From contig OX597818.1 of assembly GCA_951406725.2 (NCBI GenBank), forward strand, positions 19,840,001 to 19,904,000: 64,000 bases of DNA. The letters run 5' to 3'. This DNA is from Octopus vulgaris. Its lineage: Eukaryota. This document shows, one piece after another, positions 63,894-64,000 of this stretch. Positions within the stretch are counted from its first letter, which is position 1, and the number at the start of each line of letters is the position of its first letter. Under the pieces are notes generated by a model, which did not search any database, was not told where the DNA came from, and saw only the letters and a list, made by a program, of their open reading frames with translations. A program made the position numbers and the translations under genes.

Positions 63894-64000
63894 TATTATG
63901 GGGAAAAGAAATTAGCTATACCGAAGAAAACCTTGAAATAGATAAATTAGAAACTTTGATTTTGCTTTGATATTATAAAATACTTGCTCCATGATTATTA

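Noticed and set aside
63915-63992. Possible signal-peptide exon of gene A (MEQVFYNIKAKSKFLIYLFQGFL)
   Set aside because: Weak donor, phase does not match exon 57211, and it is at the window edge.

Overview
AT-rich, microsatellite-dense animal genomic DNA with spliceosomal introns. The repeat content resembles a coleoid cephalopod (Octopus-like); this is inferred from sequence style only. Most of the window is transposon-derived. One RTE-clade LINE has an intact 1055-aa ORF (APE endonuclease + RT, with a PHD-type zinc finger inside the RT), and there are many truncated, deleted or VNTR-expanded relatives. Also present are RTE-BovB-like, Expander-like and CR1-like LINE fossils, Penelope-type remnants with hammerhead ribozymes, tRNA-derived SINEs, and maT, mariner, Tigger, hAT and piggyBac-type DNA elements and MITEs. 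Reading splice sites by hand shows minus-strand host exons that the ORF track mostly misses: (A) the last three exons of a divergent Ig-like protein ending in a GPI-signal-like tail (57211-53887), and (B) exons of a single-pass membrane protein (24.5-10.5 kb) whose apparent first coding exon has an in-frame TAA. A and B are phase-compatible, so they may be GPI and transmembrane isoforms of one receptor. Between them is a ~740-bp tandem array built almost entirely of NF-kB-, STAT- and ETS-like motifs. All coordinates and translations were derived by eye; element boundaries are approximate.
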